A stretch of 63,750 bases of DNA, filler included, from Octopus bimaculoides (Eukaryota), in assembly GCF_001194135.2 (NCBI RefSeq). It is 7 parts of 6 records of this genome, joined end to end, with 100 filler letters (N's around TTAATTAATTAA, not from the genome) between each part and the next. Parts side by side here need not be neighbours in the genome. Positions count along the whole stretch, not along the records: positions 37,425 to 61,957 come from NC_068984.1; positions 62,058 to 63,750 come from NW_026400270.1; 5 more parts are not named here. One strand, written 5' to 3'. Shown here piece after piece: positions 53,807 to 63,750 of this stretch. The notes below the pieces were generated by a model that was not told the origin of the DNA, made no database searches, and was given only the letters and a program-made list of their open reading frames with translations. A program made the position numbers and the translations under genes. Numbering within the stretch: position 1 is the stretch's first letter; every line of letters starts with the position of its first letter.

Positions 53807-54040
53807 GTTGTTGTTATTACTATTATTGTGGTGAGTTGACAGAATCGTAAGCGCGCTGGGTGAGATTCTTAACGGCATTTCGTCCGTCTTCACGTTCTGA
53901 GTTCAAATTCTGTCGAAGTCGACTTTGCCTTTCAACCTTTCAAGGTCGATAAATTAAATACCAGTTGATCTATGGGGTCGATGTAATCGATTAGTCCCCT
54001 CGCACCAAATTTCAGGCTTTGTGCCTATAGTAGAAACGAT
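53296..54040 (+). mobile_element. Three head-to-tail SINE family A copies separated by (TTA)n
   Basis: Heads at ~53296, 53540 and 53828; (TTA)n tracts at ~53509-53535 and ~53753-53826; the copies differ from each other. Confidence 0.9.
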
Positions 54041-54043
54041 TAT

Positions 54044-54088
<45 letters not shown>

Positions 54089-54384
54089 CAGTAGCTCGCA
54101 ATCTTCTTGACTTCATGGCGTACTAGGGTTCAGATAAAAAAATTAAATTCGCGCTTTGCATGGAAAACTTTTTTTCAAAAATAGTTTTAAAGCTAAAAAT
54201 TTAAGGAAAATATATAGAAAATTATTGTTGAATTAATCATACTTGCGTTTAACAAAATTGTGGATAACACATTTTTGAAGACGCCCAAGCATTGGTAAGG
54301 ATTTCCTAGAGCCTTAAATTATATTTTCAAAAATCCGCGGCTCTTGTAGATAGATGCCCCTTACAACGCACCGTTTGAGAATCA

Positions 54385-54960
54385 CTAAGAAGTCTGTGTG
54401 TGAAGCAGCATCACCATTCTAGATGTGGGAGCAGTGCTCTATGGTGGGTCTCCCGCTAGACTTTGTAGAAGGCTAGTAATTGATGTTAAGGCAGGGTGGA
54501 ATATTTTGATCTCCGAAAAGGAAGTTTGATATTTGTAATGTAGTCTTTACTATGTTGAAGATGTGCGTTCTTCAAGAGAAATTCTCAGTGAGGATGAGAA
54601 CAAGAATTTGAAGTGATCGTGACGGTTCTAGATGAATGATGCTCTTGTTCAAAGGATATGATGTGCACTAATGCTTTTAATGGTCTTTTATAATAATATC
54701 CCAATGATTTCTTTGATATCCCAGTTTAAGTGAATTGACATATCCCACGCCTTTGTTACTTGTTATTCACTGAGACCTTTTGTGGTTTATTTTGTATCAT
54801 TTTCTTAGCTGCTTATGATAGTGGATTAATATCCAGAAAAATCTCCGACTCTGCCATGTCTGTGTATATAGATATTCCCTGAGAAGTGTTCAAACTGGAT
54901 ATGGTCAAGGAGGAATGGAATTGTGTCTCAGAAGACATAATGTACTTTACGTTAGACTAA
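54385..54960 (-). mobile_element. Decayed LINE RT C-terminal remnant (CR1/L2/Jockey group)
   Basis: PTIEHCSHI*NG (54422-54448, - strand) resembles the RPxMEYCSHIW motif, preceded by LLAFYK. Confidence 0.45.
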
Positions 54961-55339
54961 TCTGGTTGCGACACATAACGAACTTTGACTCTAAAGTGCT
55001 GCAATATTTTGAAAGTTAAGTACACTTCAGCATTGTACTGACGCATATAAACAGATAGCATCACTATCAACAAGGAAGCTTCTGTATAGTTACTCAACTG
55101 CTGGAAACAATAGCCAAATCACCCGAGAATTTTCATTTCAATGGCAAAAAATATATTGGATAACTTAGTAGTTTAGCAAAGCTACATAGTCGTTACCCGC
55201 AAATAAGAATGACATGGTGGCATGTCCCATGCTTTCACTAATTATTTTAGGTGCCAATGTAGTTGCGAACAGACATAAATATCTTCGTCACCCCATTTAT
55301 GATCAGCAGAACATCCAGGTTGTGATAGCTGAATGAAAA

Positions 55340-55510
55340 GAGGGCTGCACCAGAACTCAGCTGATACTCATTTTGAGATGAGCAGGTAGGAGCAGCATCA
55401 AATACAATGTCTTGTTTAAGGAGACAACGTGCCACTCGGTCTAGGAATCCGAACCCACGACTATATGATCGCAAACCCAAATCTTTAACCCCTAGGCCAC
55501 GTGCCTTCAC
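55340..55510 (-). mobile_element. SINE family C head and core
   Basis: Reverse complement: GGCACGTGGCCTAGGGGTTAAAG...GGGTTCGGATTCCTAGACCG. Confidence 0.65.
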
Positions 55511-56437
55511 AGTTGTGGCTATCATCTGCCAGAAAAAAGACAGATGGTCACTGCTAGAACGACAGTGGGGCGATAAAGATTCGTCACAGAAAGCTATAAC
55601 AGTTGAGCATGAAGAAACCATGCAGTTAAACATCAAGTATGGTAAAAACCTAAAAGTGACTGCGCTGCATGAAACGACAGATAAAATATTTTGAAAGTTA
55701 AGTACACCTCCAACAATGTACTGACACACATATAAACAGACAACACTAAACAGCTAAAACTCACATAAACAAACTCCAAGTTATAACAAACCATAACAAA
55801 GAAAGCCGGAAGTACTGTCATTAAATCACTTCTCACATTTATAACCCTGCAGTGAATTCACAAAACTGAATAAAGATACGTAGATACAAGCACTTCACGC
55901 GTAAAATATACAAGGACCAAAGTAACCCGTATATAACATAAGCTGTACAAAAAATCCAATGAAAAACCTCTACAAGGATATTTTTTGTTGGAAGCATCCA
56001 TACGTATTTTAATCAATGTGTGTTGTACTGCCATCGTTGGTGATTCTGGTGTTGATTCAGTAGAACTTAATTATTCATTTGGTGGAAGAAAACTATTTAG
56101 TTGTATTTTAGTTGTTTTGTTTGCTTATTTTTTGAAGTTTATGAAAGTGTGTTTTTTTTTCTTAGTTTTCCTCGTTGATCTTTGGATGTTGTTTGACATA
56201 GGGGTGTGACAGCGAGTTGTTGTTGTAGTTTGCATGGTGAGGTATAATGGCTGTGTAAAAAGAGTAAATTGTTTAGAATACAAAGGGCGTGTAATTTATG
56301 GTGTCATTCCTTGCGTTATCTGTATGAAAACTTCTGCGTGGTCGCTCATCCTCCTAAAAATAGAAACTTAATTTTCCTCAGATCGTGCCTGACTGTTTTG
56401 AATCTTAAAAAATACCTTAGATAATCTAGTCATCATA

Positions 56438-56654
56438 GGGTAAAAACGTCCTTCGGTCATGAATGACCATGGGTTAGCACAAGAAAGTTACCCTCCGTGG
56501 TACAAGTCCGGGCAAGGTTGTTTCTGGAAGACCAGCAGTTACCCATACATACCAGCGTCTCCTCTCCACGCTACCGATATTATCCAAGGGAAAGGCAAAG
56601 GCCGACACAGCTTGGCATCAGTGACATCGTAGCTCATTTCTACAGTTAAGTGAA
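56438..56654 (-). mobile_element. SINE 3' portion (same family as 28795-29030), truncated at the inverted repeat
   Basis: Alignable to 28795-29030; similarity stops at GTGAA, where the inverted-repeat arm begins. Confidence 0.65.
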
Positions 56655-57429
56655 TGGCATATTCCTAATCATTTTTTCTCTAAATAATACTATTTCGAAT
56701 GTTTGTGTTTCTAGTGAGTTGCCCCTATTAGTGATCGGCAGCTGTTTCTGTCATCTATGTAGTGTGTGAATAATTATTAATGTGTTATAAAGCCTTCTTC
56801 GTGCTTTGGTCTATCTAGCCTTATCTAAGTGTCACAGGGTCTTGTGTATCTAAGTGTCACAGGGTCTTGTGTATCTAAGTGTCACAGGGTCTATTACAAC
56901 TCGATAATTTCAACATTTAATTAGAACAACGCAAAAGAAAAAGCTTTGCTGAAGAACACAACACACAGCCCCGTCCGGGAATCGAACTCGCTACCTCATG
57001 ACTGTAAGCCCGGTGCTCTAACCACTGAGTCATGAGTCTCAGCCATAGGTCGATTCGATCAGAACTGAGAATAACTACAGCAACAAACTGCAATGCAATA
57101 CCAATGAAACAATAAGAAACGCTTTCATAGACTATAAAAATGTTTTCATCGTATTCGACATCATTATAATCCAAGAGACGAAATTAAATGTTGAAATTAT
57201 CGAGTTGTAATAGACCCTGTGACACTTAGATACACAAGACCCTGTGACACTTAGATAAGGCTAGATAGACCAAAGCACGAAGAAGGCTTTATAACACATT
57301 AATAATTATTCACACACTACATAGATGACAGAAACAGCTGCCGATCACTAATAGGGGCAACTCACTAGAAACACAAGCATTCGAAATAGTATTATTTAGA
57401 GAACAAATGATTAGGAATATGCCATTCAC
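56650..57429. repeat. Long near-perfect inverted repeat (273- and 248-bp arms, 259-bp spacer)
   Basis: 56650-56922 is the reverse complement of 57182-57429 except 2 substitutions and one extra 25-bp unit (TCTAAGTGTCACAGGGTCTTGTGTA) in the left arm. Confidence 0.95.
56940..57030 (-). mobile_element. tRNA-like SINE family C head in the inverted-repeat spacer
   Basis: - strand: TGACTCAGTGGTTAGAGC (A box), GAGTTCGATTCC (B box), then SINE core TGTGTTGTGTTCTTCAGCAAA; not a complete tRNA. Confidence 0.7.
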
Positions 57430-59049
57430 GTGGAAAACAATAGTTTAGTTGGTGTCGACATATTTAATATGGAAGCATCGAATTAACAGCTAGAAATAAT
57501 TTTGTGGTGAGGAAAACATATTTATCAACAACTAATATTTACCCTTTCTTGGCATGTACGAAAGGCAACACTGGACATGCTTCGATCTTACTGTAACCTC
57601 ATTAGTGAAGTATAATTTTCGACAAACTTGTTCAATTAGTCAAGATAGTATCGCTAATGCATAAGAATGTACATTTATTTGTGTAATTAAAATATAATTG
57701 TTCAAAGACGTCATTTGCATGAAAAGAAATAGTTAACATCTAATACTGATAATATAAGAACGTATTTAATAAAGGGAACATTAGAAAACTAACAAGAAAT
57801 AATTCTGCCGTGAAGAAAAATAGTATTAGTCTGTGAAAATATGAGTTACTCACTAAAAGTGTATTTTATTCCCCGCTTATTATTTCTAATTACTCTTTTA
57901 ATGATACCAGTTATTAATTATGTCCACACTAACTTAAATATTTGAAATATATATTAGCAATACAGTAACCATTAGTGTAATAACTATATACATAGTCTTC
58001 CAAATTTACCAGTCGTCTGACAATATTACAAATCAAATTACATAGGGAATCTTTCATCTGTAGACAAGTCTGTTACCAGACTTTGATGCCTGAAGGTATT
58101 CAGGATTTTCTGGGTGAGCGCTAATTTGTAATAACGCTAAAGTGGAGTTTCGAGGTAAGTCTTTCACTGAGGGTGTACCATTGAAAAGTGAGGAGGAAGT
58201 ACCGTCCAGTGCAGCCTCTTAGAACACATTCTGATCCATAATTATATGCACATAACACTAGGGTTGACAATAAACTAAACTCCTTTCATATTCTACTCAA
58301 TTTACATCTGTGCAACCCTTTAGCTCACCAAGACATTCTTCGACACCTATCTGCCACAACTATATGTTATACAATATTTGCAGATCAACGGACAAAATAA
58401 AAGCGTAACTCCACAAGTTTTCGAAAAGGAAATCACTTCCATTAAATGCAGAACTAAATTTCTCTGAACTCAACACTACGAACTTAACGTTAGCACGGAA
58501 GTACACGCATCGAATAAAACAAGCAAAGCTGTTTCCAGAAACATATACCACAAGGCAACATATAAACCATAGAAAAACAGAAAACTAAAGTGTGCATCCA
58601 TCATAAACTACAAAAGAATCAGCAAAAGTAATAATCCAAGAGGTGCATGCGGAATAGCGAGAACTCAAATAATGACTTTTTATTAGTTATTAACTATTAA
58701 CTATTAATATACTTTGTGGCAGATACGAAGGCGAATATCTGATAGCTGTTGTTTGTTCTTTATCAGAGAACGCCTCCTCTCTTTTGATGATGTTTGTTCA
58801 TAACACACATGGTTCAGTAGCTCACCGATTTAAAGAGGCTTTGAGACGATTTGATATTTCAGCCCTGTTGTGTGTCTTCTCAGTCAAAGCTACCCCTCTG
58901 CACTGATGAATCTGATAAGAACACGATCTTATAAGAATTGGCAAGCAAAATATTTAGCGATGCGCGCTGGTGTTCACCAAACAGATAATTCACAGGCTGG
59001 CATGTACAACTATTCGTAACAGCAATATCAAATCGCCATGACCTGGAAA

Positions 59050-59970
59050 CTGGGCAAAATAGTTACGCTTGAAGAGAAACAATAACCAAAGTAACGTCGC
59101 ATTACACAGATCAACGACGCAACTATGCACATACTTAAAATATAGGAAATTGTTTTTATCACTAACAAATACATTTTCTCCATATTACAGCATAGATTCA
59201 GACCATTACGCTATTCGAAAACTATACATAAATAATACAAGGCGGTTTCAACGAACGTCACCAACATTATTTTAATTCTATCGATACTGGCCATTGTTTC
59301 GACTTCATTCCTTGCTACTCACAACAAAATTAACGTAATTATAAAAATTAAAACAACAAACACAAAATGTTGGCTAAGAAACTATCGCTCAGGTCACCAA
59401 GCGTAAGTAATATACGAAAATGCATCCTGCAGTCTCCCGAATGGAACGCCACAAAGTTCCTACCTGTATCTCACACTTTTCAGCCAATACATATACGATC
59501 TTCTCACATTTCTTCAAAATATACGCCCAGCATTCAACGCAGATGGCTTCACAGTCACATGTACCTAACACTTCCTAACACAGCTGCAGAACTACTGCAA
59601 ACCTACATCTGCTACCCAGGAATCCAACTCAACGACAACAGTAGTCTCTACCTAATCCACCACCTCTTATCAGCAACACTAGGGAACATCAATTGCAACC
59701 AGTCATCAAGCGCAAAAACAAACGTACAACAAATACAAAAGACGAAAATACGAGGAATTACATCTCGGCAACATCTTTACAGCGTATATAAAAGATATAA
59801 TAAAGAAAGTAAGAGGTCACACAAACAGCTTCCACATATGCCCAAAGTAAAAAGAAACAATAACAATACTTTCGATCCATCATCTATTATGCCAGTCTTC
59901 CTAGACCCCAATCTCTCCACAGTAAATCACAAACAACCAACAAATAATACAATACACACGCGATCATAGC
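59050..59970 (+). mobile_element. Decayed non-LTR retrotransposon RT (Jockey/I/CR1 group)
   Basis: One frame gives GTPQSSYLYLTLFSQYIYDL (59443 onward; GVPQGS motif) then FNADG (59533-59547; degenerate YADD); YPGIQLNDN follows in another frame (YLGxxLD). Confidence 0.65.
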
Positions 59971-60159
59971 TTCATATAGACCACATCCACGAAACCTTAT
60001 ACAAGAAGACAAAACAAAACAGCTTGAACATCAATGGCCATCATTAAATTCAAGAGATCTGCTGAACTACATGACACTAGTAATAAGCTAGAGAAAATTT
60101 CAACAGACACGTTCGAAGTTTACCATACCTACCTCCACAAATGGTGGTCATATCAGAAT

Positions 60160-60278
60160 CATGCATTATCTCGTAACTACTAAATTTGGATGACGTAATC
60201 GTTTAGTTTTAGAATGATATTGTAGATTTCGAACATAATACAGGTAGGATATTCGGCCCCGGTTTAAATGCTGAAAGG
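60160..60278 (-). mobile_element. Partial copy of the piggyBac-type MITE family at 31849
   Basis: Ends ...TTTAAATGCTGAAAGG|TTAA (TTAA at 60279-60282); the reverse complement aligns to the left part of 31849-32067. Confidence 0.6.
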
Positions 60279-60778
60279 TTAAATCTCTGCTTCGCTAATG
60301 CAGTCTAATTGATCCAAAACATATCCGGAGAGGTCTCCCGTACTTGTTGAAATGTTTAAAATAAAATTAGAGATTTAGTTAATAATGTCTTCTCATCGCA
60401 GTTTTAATATCTGTGATTAGATTGTTGACGTTCTACGTCGGTGGTTTTTAACTTGGAAAGAGGCTCATTATGTGCATGTGTATATACACATTTATAGACA
60501 TGAAATTACCTAGCTATATATATTTCTGGTAGTGGTTGGTATCCTTCAAGTTGTATACTCTATTTCTTATGTATTTTTTATATTTTCGACGGTGATCTTT
60601 TCAATGTATGTAAATGCTTCTCGAAATAAACTTGCACTTCATTTCAGGAGCTACGGTGAAACTATAAAGTGATACATAAGCACACAGTTCTGACTGCATT
60701 GTATCTTATAATAGAAATATCTGTAAGCCAATGAAGCTGATTATGTAATGCATATTCCTTTAACACCTATTTAATTTC

Positions 60779-60826
<48 letters not shown>

Positions 60827-60829
60827 CTT

Positions 60830-60867
60830 TCTTTCTGTGGAAGAGCGTAGGCTCGAAACGTTAAAGA
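60830..60867 (+). ncRNA. Minimal hammerhead-like motif, degenerate sibling of 37125-37161
   Basis: TCTTT-CTGTGGA-A-GAGC(GTAG)GCTC-GAAAC-GTT-AAAGA; same stems, core CUGUGGA, GUU triplet. Confidence 0.55.
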
Positions 60868-60903
60868 CTTTTTCAATTCCCGAGCATTATACTAATACAT
60901 CTG

Positions 60904-61431
60904 TAGTGGCTCTCGTGGCTCTCGTGGCTTCTGATCTTAACTGATTGGAAGTGTTATCATGTACATTGTTTTGTCTTGGTATAAAAGATGGGCTACAGCA
61001 AATATTCCGCTCAATACCACAGATTTGCTTGTCAGTTGTTTGGCCTTAACCAGTTGAGCATGTCCCTTAGTGGCTGACGATATGTGCATCTCTGATCCTG
61101 AGCAGAAGTAGAGGGGGAGCATTATAGCCATGTGTTGAGAGGAATTCTTTGAGGTTTGGATAATTCACCTTTGGAAACATAGGTGTTTTGCTCAACATCC
61201 TTAAACAAACCTTATTCAGGGACCTTTTGAGCGGGATGGGCTACTCGACCTGAAGAAAAATTCTAACTGGGCCCCACCTGCGAGGTCATGCGCTGTTTAT
61301 CTTGATATGAGATCACCATGTCACGCACATATGGTTGTGATGCATGTGCCCGGTGTAGTCATGATGGGTATAATGGGCTTCGTATATTTTACCCCAGTGT
61401 CACTTTGATGTCATGCACTGCTCTCTCACTC
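60904..61431 (+). mobile_element. Unclassified non-coding retroelement-like segment ending in (AAT)n
   Basis: Complex sequence with a sharp 3' end CTCTCTCACTC followed by (AAT)n; no ORF recognised. Confidence 0.4.
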
Positions 61432-61458
61432 AATAATAATAATAATAATAATAATAAT

Positions 61459-61695
61459 GTCATCAGAGCATTTGGTTCAGTACCACCCAATCTGAAAAAA
61501 AAAACATCTGAAAACCTTAGAAATACCCTACAATCTACATGTATTGCAAAAGTTAGCATTACTTGGAACTCGCGCATATTGCGCAAAGTACTGTCTGTCT
61601 GACGTCCTTTTTGCGACTTGACAAAGAGTAGAAACCCCCGGTAGACACAATATCTTCAATCAGCAACCTTAGGATATTGTATACCGTGCGACGTC
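61459..61695 (+). mobile_element. Second 5'-truncated R4/Dong-like 3' end (different family from 43864)
   Basis: VIRAFGSVPPNLKK, frameshift, LENLEIPYNLHVLQKLALLGT, frameshift, ILRKVLSV*; same C-terminal signature as 43864-44079; (TAA)n on both sides. Confidence 0.75.
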
Positions 61696-61737
61696 TATAA
61701 TAATAATAATAATGATGATAATAATAATAATAATAAT

Positions 61738-61951
61738 TTCTACTCTAGGCACAAGGCCTTCAAAATATTCTGGAGGAAGGGGGTTAGTCGATTACATCGA
61801 CCCCAGTACGTAACTGGGACTTATTTCATCGACCTCGAAAGGATGAAAGGCAAAGTTGGCCTCGGCGGAATTTGAACTCAGAACGTAACGGCGGGCGAAA
61901 CACCGCAAAACATTTCGTCCAGCGTGCTAACGATTCTGCCAGCTTGCTGCT
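61738..61951 (-). mobile_element. SINE family A, full length, with (TTA)n tail toward 61700
   Basis: Reverse complement gives head GCAGCAAGCTGGCAGAATCGTTAGCACGC, B box GAGTTCAAATTCC and the family A 3' end. Confidence 0.85.
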
Positions 61952-62058
61952 TTAATANNNNNNNNNNNNNNNNNNNNNNNNNNNNNNNNNNNNNNNNNNN
62001 NTTAATTAATTAANNNNNNNNNNNNNNNNNNNNNNNNNNNNNNNNNNNNNNNNNNNNA

Positions 62059-63750
62059 ATTCTGTTATACTGTCCTTCAATTCATTTTGGTTGGCTCTGC
62101 GTGGAGTCGGGGTGAATTTTAGCCCTTTTGAGAGGATGTCTATTTTTATGCATGAAAGAGGTTTGGTTGAGAGATTGATTATCTTCGGTTTTTCCTGATT
62201 ACTAGATTCCAGCCTGTGTCCTGGTGTCTCTGGTCTGGGGCTACAAAATGTTGTTTGTAATTTTGTTTGCATGAGCTCTCTGTGAGGTTATGTGGGATTG
62301 GTTCGGAGGAATGGTAGTATTGTTGCCTTAGATTGTTATATGTGTGCGGGTGTCTATGGGTATTTTGGTTAGTGATGTGTGTAACTCTAGTATGTGGGAT
62401 GTTTCTTGATCTGGTGTTATTTTGTGTTGTTCTTGAGTTCGGTGGGGGCCAGTAATTTTGGGTCATAGGGTAGTAGTGACTAGCATGTGGTGTGTTTCTT
62501 ATCCTAGTGTTGTTTTGGGTTGTTTTGGGGTGGTTATGCCTGGTATTGGGACGTTGATGGTGTGTTCTGTTCCTGGTGTATGGGTGATCTTTAGGTTTGG
62601 TGAAATCTATTTCATAAATGCGTTGTCTGTAAGCTTGTTCCCCGTTTAGTTTTAGGTGGTTCAAAAGTGGTGGATGTAAGTGATTTCTATTTATGGTGTA
62701 TGGAGGGTAATGAGGAGGGTTGTTGTTGATTAAGTGGTTGAAATTGGTGGTGGTTTGTGCGTTGTTCAGTTTTTGTGTATTATTTATAGTTCCTTTCTTT
62801 AGGAAAGGATTACCTGTGCTGAATTCTTGTTTAAAAGTTGATTCATATCTTTGGAAGAAATCATTGCTTTTTTCCCAGCGTAGGAGAGAGTTTCTTCCTT
62901 CCTTTTCACAGACTTCTTTCCAAAAATTTATGGTATTTTCGAGGGGTTGTCCCTCGGTTTGTTTATTTCCCTGTGCATCTCTTCGTCGATGTTTTTATAT
63001 TTTTCTTCATTAGTGGAGGCCCTAAGTCTAAGTAGTTCAATCTCTGATTTTAGATCAAATAGTGCTATTTTTTCCCAGATGGTCCTCTGTCCGTCAGGTT
63101 CATTTGGTATTGTTTTGATCTCGAATTTGCGTGGGTGAATAATTGGTGTTGAGTTCATCCATCCCTCATAAATATCTGCTTTGTTGGAATTTTTTATCAT
63201 ATTCCAGTAAGCGAGTTTTCTATTATGGAGGCTTGTATTCCAAATATTTTCTATTTATCTTTTTGTTAAATTGACTTGTGTAAGTATGGCGTCCTGATGT
63301 GTTTCATTTGGTGTGCGTTGGCTGTTATTCAGTTTGTTTGTGAATACCGACTTTAGTGTAGTACACATAGTGTTTAAATCTTTACTAATTTGTTCTTGTT
63401 TTAACATGAATTCGTCAGCAGTATCGTGTAGAGGAGGTTGTTGTTCATTGTTAGGTTTGTTAATGTACATTGATTTGAGGGTTGTACATAAAAGTTGTAA
63501 ATCATTACTAACCTGATCAGTGTAGTGAGTAGTGACTTCACTGTTTATCCTTTCCCGAGCAAGTAGATTTGAGTCCTCGATTTTGTTATTTAAGGAAATG
63601 AGGTGTGAGTTAATATTTTTGAGTTCTTTAAGTATATGCTCGTTTGTAATTTTAACCGAAATATTGGTCTTCCGTGGCATTTTCGGTCTCACATGTTTTA
63701 GTATATGTGTGAGAAAGTTGGTATGTGAAAGCACGTGGTTGGATGTATAA
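62059..63750 (-). mobile_element. Penelope-like element, 5' portion of the frameshifted ORF, running into a gap
   Basis: KIINLSTKPLSCIKIDILSKGLKFTPTP (62103-62186) matches the PLE pre-RT motif IINLS...LSKGLxFxPTP; upstream ORF pieces 62179-62664, 62928-63200 and 63255-63734 share its strand and A/C-rich bias. Confidence 0.8.

Noticed and set aside
56822-56892. 25-bp and other short tandem repeats as CRISPR-like arrays
   Set aside because: Contiguous units with no unique spacers, eukaryotic context, no cas genes.
56940-57030. Possible tRNA genes (also heads at 15161, 30072, 49720, 55340)
   Set aside because: A and B boxes run into SINE core sequence, with no acceptor stem: tRNA-derived SINE heads.
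65-63750. Long ORFs in the track made of YI/HT/CV/LS/poly-I/poly-X
   Set aside because: Translations of microsatellites and N gaps; no coding evidence.

Overview
AT-rich, microsatellite-saturated and gap-rich animal genomic DNA. The SINE families, the repeat landscape and the elements' style point to an Octopus (coleoid cephalopod) scaffold; this is an inference, not a database match. Only one protein-coding gene is well supported: an intronless-CDS, type II membrane LicD-family (fukutin/FKRP/MNN4-like) nucleotidyltransferase-fold protein at 2540-3751 (-). Weakly supported + strand micro-exons flank it and may belong to a host gene. The rest is mostly transposable elements: three tRNA-derived SINE families, fragments of RTE, Tx1/L1, R4/Dong, Penelope-like (PLE) and older LINEs, a hAT transposase fossil, and piggyBac-, Tigger- and hairpin-type MITEs. 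The most notable non-coding observations are three minimal hammerhead-ribozyme-like motifs in PLE-derived DNA, a near-perfect ~250-bp-arm inverted repeat with a tRNA-like Pol III promoter in its loop, and R4/Dong-like elements repeatedly inserted into the (TTA)n tails of SINEs. Nearly all ORFs in the supplied track are microsatellite or N-gap artefacts. TE boundaries are approximate unless exact termini are quoted.
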